Below are positions 46,901-55,900 of a stretch of 64,000 nucleotides of DNA, in pieces. The notes below the pieces were generated by a model. The model saw nothing but the letters and a program-made list of their open reading frames with translations. It was not told the DNA's origin and made no database searches. The DNA is taken from NCBI GenBank assembly GCA_964016885.1, contig OZ024740.1, forward strand, positions 156,116,001 to 156,180,000, in the 5' to 3' direction. A program made the translations under genes and the position numbers. Source of the stretch: Eledone cirrhosa. Its lineage: Eukaryota. Each line of letters opens with the position of its first letter. Position 1 is the first letter of the stretch.

Positions 46901-49900
46901 AAAAAGCAACACAAAATACAAACTAATACAATTATTATGATATATTACAAATAATGATGTCTTGCACCATGGCATGTACATTTGTGTGTGTGTGTGTGTA
47001 TATAGAAAAGAGTTTCATTTCTACTCAGAAAATAAATTTTACACTCTATCTGAAGTTATTTACGGCTTTTAACATGCTGGCCTCAATTTCCCCCTCTCCA
47101 GAATCCATGTCATATTTAAGTTCATTAATTGGTCTCGTGACTGCAACCCCCAAAAGGTTGGTCTTAGCCCATAGATGCATCTCATGTACATTAAAAGATG
47201 TGACCGGGTTTAGGAGATCAGCAAAGTATTCTCTCCCCCTCTCGAGGACGCACCTCACTTCAGAGAGAAGAACCCCAGACAAGTTGTTGACAGCAGGCCT
47301 GGAGATGGACTTTTTATTGCAAAGTTGGTGGATGGTCTGCGACCATACTTTATTTCCAGCTTAACCCCAATGTCCTTCAATGTCTTAACCTTGGACGCCT
47401 TTACTGTCTCTGCTACGACACATCACGACTGCTTGTACCACGAGTACAAGAAGGAAGACTTATTTCTAATCCAAGCTTTGTAAGCTCCCTTCTTTGATCG
47501 GATAGCATTGTTAACTTCCTGATTGGACACGGCGGTGCTGCTGCTAACCACTGCCACATCGAGCCGCTTTCATCCGCTGTATTTAATAGCTGAAGCAGAA
47601 ATTGCCGAGCTGAACAGTCTCCACTCTGTTTCAACGTACTCAATTCTTTCAGGGTGTTCTCTGAATTTGGATGCAATAGTATCCACATATCCAATCATGA
47701 AATCTTCATCAGACAACGCTTTCCTCTTTATTCTGTATGGTGATATGAACTTGTCACAGTTTTAGGTTTTCTTAACTTTAGGTAATTTCGGATTACAGAT
47801 AACTATATGGTGATCAGTTGACAGCTCAGCTCTCTCCTAACACGAACATCCAGCACAGAATCGAAGAGCTCAGAGACAATAGAAAAATCACTTACTGATC
47901 ATTGTCCCCGATTTCTCGAAAACCATGAATATTTATAGATGTCTTTGTACTGCAAGAAGATGTTTATAATAGAGAGTTAATTACTAGAATGGAAACCTAA
48001 TAAGGCCTCTCCATTTGCATTTAGATCGGGATCGCCGTTCCTTCACATCAATATTTTCGCTGTCAGTTGCTTAGTGTCAGTATGTGCATTGACGTCGCTC
48101 ATTAGGATATATGACAGAGAACAAATACCGTTTACACAAGCCACTATAGTTCCATCTGAGAGCAAACTACCGATCCAAGAGATGACTGACGGATGAAGAT
48201 CGTAAGCGGTTAGTTTTGAGAGGCGATTCACATGTCAGACACGACCAAAAGCTTAGGTTATGTTGTGGGACAACAACATTGTTTTCAGCAAATTTCTCTA
48301 AGTAGGGAGTTCACTGACGTGACATAGAAGAGTAGGTCTTAGGTTGATCAGGTTTTACGGAAAACATGTTGGTAGTCGTTAAGGAAAGAGTGAAACGGGG
48401 GAGACGGAAGGAGAGAAAGAAAAAAATTCAGCTGATAGAGAAATTCATTGATAATTTTATAGTGTATTGTGGATGAATAAACAAACCTACTAGACATTTT
48501 GCCAACCTATAGTGTTTTTATGTTCCAAAGTACATCCGTAGATTCACACTTTGTTTATACTTTTTACATTTGTTGCATTCAACAGTGAACAAGGCACGGT
48601 AAGCTGACCAGTTTTTGAGATAAACAATTCTTGAAATACACCTTTACAGTCCCTTCCTAGTAATTTGGGTGAGTAGTGCTCTAATTACATAATTGTTTCT
48701 ACTGTTGGCACAAGGCCAGCAATTATCCCAGTGTATTACTGGTACTTTATTTATCGACCCCGTAAGGATGAAAGGCAAAGTTAACCTCGACGGGATTTGA
48801 ACTCAGATCATAAAGGGCCGTAACTCTATGCTGCAAAGCATGGCGTCCGACCCTGTACCATAACTGCCAATCCACAATGATGTATTAATTCTAATATTGT
48901 GCAAGTATTAAAAATTAATATTGTGACGAATCGCTTACAGAAAATATTATTCGTAAAATCACCATAAATTTTACATTGTTTGTTGTTGTTGCTCTCGCCT
49001 TAGTCCGTTTTGAGTTAGTTTACTTATAATCAAATATATTCTGTGTCCTTCCGTTTTTTTCCAGATGCAGTGTTTCCAGGACGGCATTCTCGAATATGTT
49101 CTATTTTTTAAATTACTTTAGTGAGGCAAGTTTGGTTGAATAGATTATATCACTCCATCATTACCTCTATTACTCTCCCATAGTTTATATTCTTGTATTG
49201 TTTTATTGATTTCAGTCATTACCCCGCGGCCATGCTGGGGTTTCCCAATCATACTGACCTTAGTAATCACTTTTTCAACTCTGTTACCTATTTTATTGAT
49301 TTTTTAATTTTTATTGAACTTCTCAGAGACGGCACATAAACAGAGGCACAAACGTAAACATACACACATACGATGAGCTTCTACAGATTCCTTTTGTTTA
49401 ATTTCACCCATAAGGTATTGGTCATCCCGAGGCTATATTACAAGACATTTGCCCAAGATGTCACGCCGTGGGAATGAACCTGAAATCACGTGGTTGCGAA
49501 GCAAACTCCTTACCTCAATAGTTATTCATGTTTCATTGCAATTATTTGGATTAATTTCTCTCATGGACTGCAGCCATGCAGGTTCAGCACCTTCAATAGT
49601 TCAAAGGCTTTATAGTCTACTGTAATGGAACCGTTACTCTCGTTTGGTATTTATTTTATTGATGTCAGAGAAATAAGAATTGCAAAGTCATCCGAGTGTA
49701 GGCAGAAGCAATCGTGAGGGATACAAATGCGATATATTTTTTGTGATTGATGCAGTCATTTTGTTTACTACCTGACGCTAATGAGCACATACAAATGCGG
49801 AAAGACAGACACTGTTTAATTTGCCTTGCTTGCTTTGAGAGTTTAAGTCGGAGGGGCGTCGTCGTGTCTTATGTCCTTGTCATTTAAAACCTGGTAGAGA

Positions 49901-52900
49901 CCACTCCTTTTCATGAATAACCAAAGCCGATTTCTTCCAGAGAGAGAGAGAGAGAGAGAGAGGGGGCGGAAAGGTGGAAAGAAATCGACGCCCAATACTC
50001 AACTAGTACTTTTATTACCGACCCAAAATGATGGGAGGTAAACTTAACCTCTGCGGGATTTGATCCCAGAACACAGAGAACCCGAACAAACATTGCAATG
50101 TACTATATTCGATACTGTAACGATTCTTTCAATTCATGGTTTATACTCTGAATAACAACAGATGTTCATTCAGATAAATTTCAACAGATAATTGAAAGTA
50201 AGTAACTATCCATGGCAACAAAGACTATGATTTGTTCACTTTAGTGCTTTTAACAGGTTTCAGTCTCTTGCAAGATACGAACCAGACCAACGGTTTGCTC
50301 CACGTCCATGTTATTCATGATGATACTAACCTGGCGATATTGAAACTAGATATTAGCAACATCAATGTAATCACTACAAAAATGCCTGCAAAAATCGTAG
50401 ACATGTCTCTTCTATCCTGATTAATTTATAAAAGAAAACAAAAATGAATTCATGTAAAAGATACATACCTCCCACGGAAACTATTTTTTCTTTTATGAGT
50501 CCCATTTGGTTTCCATTTACCGCAAAGCATGTAATCTTTGTGACTCCTGATGTGTTACTATTTCCTAATAAATATAGTTATAGATTGGTTTAACCATTTC
50601 AATTCTATTAGATTCGAATAGAGTCAAATAAACTTACACTTCATAAAATGAGAAGCAAATGTCATAAAGATATTAGTACAGATTAAAAGAAAAGGTTCTA
50701 CTTTTTAGTCTTTTGCTTTTTTTAATATCCAACATCTTTATTTATTCAATATAAAAAAAATCTCTTCATGTGATAAAAGGCCATTGACATTATATAAAAA
50801 TAATAGAGCAGTATCTAATGAAAACAAAATATACTATTAAATGGAACAGAAAATGAAAAGGAGAAAAAGAAAGAAAGATCAAGCAACCAAAGAAAGGGAG
50901 AGGAGCAGGGACTGTCACTACACACCAGTTTGAGCGGTGCCTCAGCTGTGCTCCGCAAGCGGCCCATCATCTTTCCGACTTTACGGAGGTAATCAGCAGT
51001 GCGGGGAACAAGGATGCCAGAGGTCTCGATGGAAGCTGGTGCGAAGAAGAAGCGGTTGGTCAACCCCGGTATTTTACTAACCTCCACTCTTTCGTATTGC
51101 GGACTGCAGAGTCCAGGTTTGTGGTCGAAGCGAAGAGGCTGCAGGCGAAGAATTAGTCACAGCTTTTTCTCTCATTACGCAGAGTGGGCAGGTTGATGTA
51201 ATTGGCTAACACACTTATCACGAAAATAAGAGATTTGGATTCGATTCCCTCGTATGCTGATTTTACCACTTTTTTTATTCTAATCTGGGGTCTTATAAGC
51301 CCTGTTATTATCAGATAATTTTGTTTTTATTTATCTAATTTATTTTCACATCTCGTTTAACTGTTCACCCCCCCCCCCTTTGTTTTACTTGCGTTATTTC
51401 CATACCACACCACTCTCACGCATATACATATATTTCTTATAATATACATATATTTCTCATACGACTGAGTCTTACCACCAATGCACGCACACACAACATA
51501 TACGCTCTAGCGCACATTCAAGACGATTTCATTGATTAATTAAAATTCATAAAACATCTAGAAAACCAACAGTCTGGCAGATTAACTTACCTTTATAAAA
51601 TCCCCTTGCACTGAATGTAGTCACACCCAAAGTATTTTCCAGAGTTACGTGGACTGTAGCGTTTGATATATTTGCGACGCAGTCGTAATTTAACATAGGA
51701 ATCACATTAGATACTGATGCATTTAGCTTAACATCTGGAAATTGTTGTAATTCAAAAGTTGTATGCAAACTATCCTGCATAGCACCAGAATTTATGGTGC
51801 AGTTTACGGGTACTTAATCGAAAATAAAAGAAAAAAAGAATAGAAACATCAGGAGAAAAAGAATGAAAACTTTTAATAGAGAACCGTGACAGAGCTTATC
51901 GGCTATCAAAAATATACATTCACTTTTGTATGTTTTTTATCTATTACTAGTTTCAGACTATGTTATATTCATCACTTGATTATGGCAGATATCTTATCGA
52001 GCATGACAAAATATTTTGTGATATTTAATTTTCTGAGCGCATATTCTGCATTGTATTAACATAAAAGGTAAATATAACGGTTTATGCTTTTGAATGATGG
52101 CTACTTAAACGTATATCGAGTAACCAGTGAAACTATTTATATTTAATAAAAGATATACATAAAATCCTTTGTTATGGCTTAGTCGTTAGGGCACTTGATT
52201 AAAAATGCCTCAATATTTGTTCAGGCTTATGTCAAGGTCAACTTTGCTTTTCATCCCTTCTAGTTCAAAATATATAGTACCATCCATTACTGGAGTCGGT
52301 TGTTCTCTTTATTTCTCTGGAAGAAATTCGCTGTGTTCCGACCTGGTGAGGGATGGACTCTGCAAGATTTAAAATGTCCAAGACACGCCATAATCTTATT
52401 GCCGAGTCGTATTCATAAAATATAGAACTCAGATAGCCTCGATCCTCGGCGAATTTAATAAAATGTTTCGAAAAAAGAATCGAGACATTGCTTTTATATA
52501 AATTAACCAGATCTATATTCATATGTCACATCATTCAATATATATACAAAGATATTATATAGAAAACATACGTACTTCTATCTCCGGACGTAAATTGATA
52601 TATATCTTTGACTATAATACTCTCCTGCGAGCGATTGCTTTGCAATATCTGATTGGTTACCATACCAGTAACGGGTTTTCCAGAAATAAACCACAAATAG
52701 TTCAGGTTAACCATGTTAAAATATGTGTAGCATGTAAAATTTGCACCGCCATTGCCTTCTAACTTCGCTGTTAGTCGTATCATTTGGGAAATAACTGGAA
52801 AAAATGGATAAAATACAAATATTCCACATAAATAGATGTTTCGGCATCCCACATTTTAACTTTGAATTCACAACTTCCAATAAAAAAACATCAACAGGAA

Positions 52901-55900
52901 CATTAAAAAGCAACACAAAATACAAACTAATACAATTATTATGATATATTACAAATAATGATGTCTTGCACCATGGCATGTACATTTGTGTGTGTGTGTG
53001 TGTATATAGAAAAGAGTTTCATTTCTACTCAGAAAATAAATTTTACACTCTATCTGAAGTTATTTACGGCTTTTAACATGCTGGCCTCAATTTCCCCCTC
53101 TCCAGAATCCATGTCATATTTAAGTTCATTAATTGGTCTCGTGACTGCAACCCCCAAAAGGTTGGTCTTAGCCCATAGATGCATCTCATGTACATTAAAA
53201 GATGTGACCGGGTTTAGGAGATCAGCAAAGTATTCTCTCCCCCTCTCGAGGACGCACCTCACTTCAGAGAGAAGAACCCCAGACAAGTTGTTGACAGCAG
53301 GCCTGGAGATGGACTTTTTATTGCAAAGTTGGTGGATGGTCTGCGACCATACTTTATTTCCAGCTTAACCCCAATGTCCTTCAATGTCTTAACCTTGGAC
53401 GCCTTTACTGTCTCTGCTACGACACATCACGACTGCTTGTACCACGAGTACAAGAAGGAAGACTTATTTCTAATCCAAGCTTTGTAAGCTCCCTTCTTTG
53501 ATCGGATAGCATTGTTAACTTCCTGATTGGACACGGCGGTGCTGCTGCTAACCACTGCCACATCGAGCCGCTTTCATCCGCAGTATTTAATAGCTGAAGC
53601 AGAAATTGCCGAGCTGAACAGTCTCCACTCTGTTTCAACGTACTCAATTCTTTCAGGGTGTTCTCTGAATTTGGATGCAATAGTATCCACATATCCAATC
53701 ATGAAATCTTCATCAGACAACGCTTTCCTCTTTATTCTGTATGGTGATATGAACTTGTCACAGTTTTAGGTTTTCTTAACTTTAGGTAATTTCGGATTAC
53801 AGATAACTATATGGTGATCAGTTGACAGCTCAGCTCTCTCCTAACACGAACATCCAGCACAGAATCGAAGAGCTCAGAGACAATAGAAAAATCACTTACT
53901 GATCATTGTCCCCGATTTCTCGAAAACCATGAATATTTATAGATGTCTTTGTACTGCAAGAAGATGTTTATAATAGAGAGTTAATTACTAGAATGGAAAC
54001 CTAATAAGGCCTCTCCATTTGCATTTAGATCGGGATCGCCGTTCCTTCACATCAATATTTTCGCTGTCAGTTGCTTAGTGTCAGTATGTGCATTGACGTC
54101 GCTCATTAGGATATATGACAGAGAACAAATACCGTTTACACAAGCCACTATAGTTCCTTCTGAGAGCAAACTACCGACCCAAGAGATGACTGACGGATGA
54201 AGATCGTAAGCGGTTAGTTTTGAGAGGCGATTCACATGTCAGACACGACCAAAAGCTTAGGTTATGTTGTGGGACAACAACATTGTTTTCAGCAAATTTC
54301 TCTAAGTAGGGAGTTCACTGACGTGACATAGAAGAGTAGGTCTTAGGTTGATCAGGTTTTACGGAAAACATGTTGGTAGTCGTTAAGGATAGAGTGAAAC
54401 GGGGGAGACGGAAGGAGAGAAAGAAAAAAATTCAGCTGATAGAGAAATTCATTGATAATTTTATAGTGTATTGTGGATGAATAAACAAACCTACTAGACT
54501 TTTTGCCAACCTATAGTGTTTTTATGTTCCAAAGTACATCCGTAGATTCACACTTTGTTTATACTTTTTACATTTGTTGCATTCAACAGTGAACAAGGCA
54601 CGGTAAGCTGACCAGTTTTTGAGATAAACAATTCTTGAAATACACCTTTACAGTCGCTTCCTAGTAATTTGGGTGAGTAGTGCTCTAATTAAATAATTGT
54701 TTATACTTTTGGCACAAGGCCAGCAATTACCCAGTACATTACTGGTACTTTATTTTATCGACCCCGTATGGATGAAAGGCAAAGTTAACCTCGGCGGGAT
54801 TTGAACTCAGATCATAAAGGGACGTAACTATGCTGGAAAGCATGTCCGAGCCTCTACCCATACTGCCAATTCACCGCCCTCATAATTAAATAATTGTTTC
54901 TACGTTAGGCACAAGGCCAGCAATCACCCAGTGCATTACTGGTACTTTATTAATTAAATAATGATATTCAGACACAGGTAGTGTTGCCCATTTCTTTTAA
55001 CTGTCTAGACAAAAAAAAAAGACAAACGTTCAGGTATCTCCCCCACTGCCGCCTGATGTGCAAGTTTGTGGTTGTACATTTCCAACTTTTCAAATCTGAA
55101 TATATCGCAACACATTTATCGCCATGGACTTTGTAAAACTAGCATAGATAATACAAGATATTTTGGTTTGACGGTTATTAGCATTGATACTGTGATGTTA
55201 AATTACTGATGGCAATAAGATACAATGTACTACGGTGTTTCAAAGTAACTGAACGTTGCAGCAATTATAGGGATAAGCACTTGGATAACACGAGTAGCAT
55301 TCTCTGTGTATTAGCTACCATAGTCGTGTGTCTAACCATTCTTCAAATATCAGTGACCCTCTAAAGTATCAGCTATCATGAACCAGTGACAAGAAAACAT
55401 CAATTTTGTTTTCATAATTTTTTAGTCAATTAAAGTACCCCACAAAACAGTATGGCTTTAAATTAGGAGTTTTCTATCTCCAATATGGATGTTACCACTT
55501 TGTTACCTCTGTGCCTTACGCTTATAATGCTTGACATCCGTTGATCTACTGTTTATTTTAATATTATAAACTGTGGTTTAATGTTGAACTAATTTACTCC
55601 TTTACTGTGAAATTGTGCCGCATAGTGCTTATAGCATTAATCACACGACAGTGAGACCATACAATGGTGAGTTCGATCCCACGTTGTGCTCTTGAGCAAA
55701 CTACCTCATTTTATTTTGCTCCAGTTCATTCAGCTGAAAAGAACTACTAGAAACTGTTAGGACAATCTTGCGACATATTAGCGTCCCAAACCAACGAAGA
55801 ATCCTTAACAAATGAAAACGACGGGGCACGCTCCAGTTTCCAAACAGCCAGTGTCGGCATGTAAAAATGAATGTAAAACTCGTGATGATGGTGGTGACGA

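Larger units (their letters stand above)
18651..54879. repeat. tandem array of six ~6.0 kb units (period 6003-6013 bp), each carrying three coding exons
   Basis: The same ORF set recurs every ~6 kb; boundary SINE motif GATGAAAGGC at 18731, 24744, 30753, 36756, 42762, 48767 and 54771. Confidence 0.97.

Noticed and set aside
18651-54879. Array as an rDNA, histone, snRNA or CRISPR-type repeat, or as a single transposon tandem
   Set aside because: No rRNA, histone or snRNA sequence is recognisable, there is no short repeat-spacer structure, and there is no transposase or terminal repeat; the unit is intron plus exon DNA.
55020-55140. Possible extra exon (FYKVHGDKCVAIYSDLKSWKC...) on the minus strand
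   Set aside because: Open only in phase 0, has no convincing donor, and is incompatible with the phase-1 chain.
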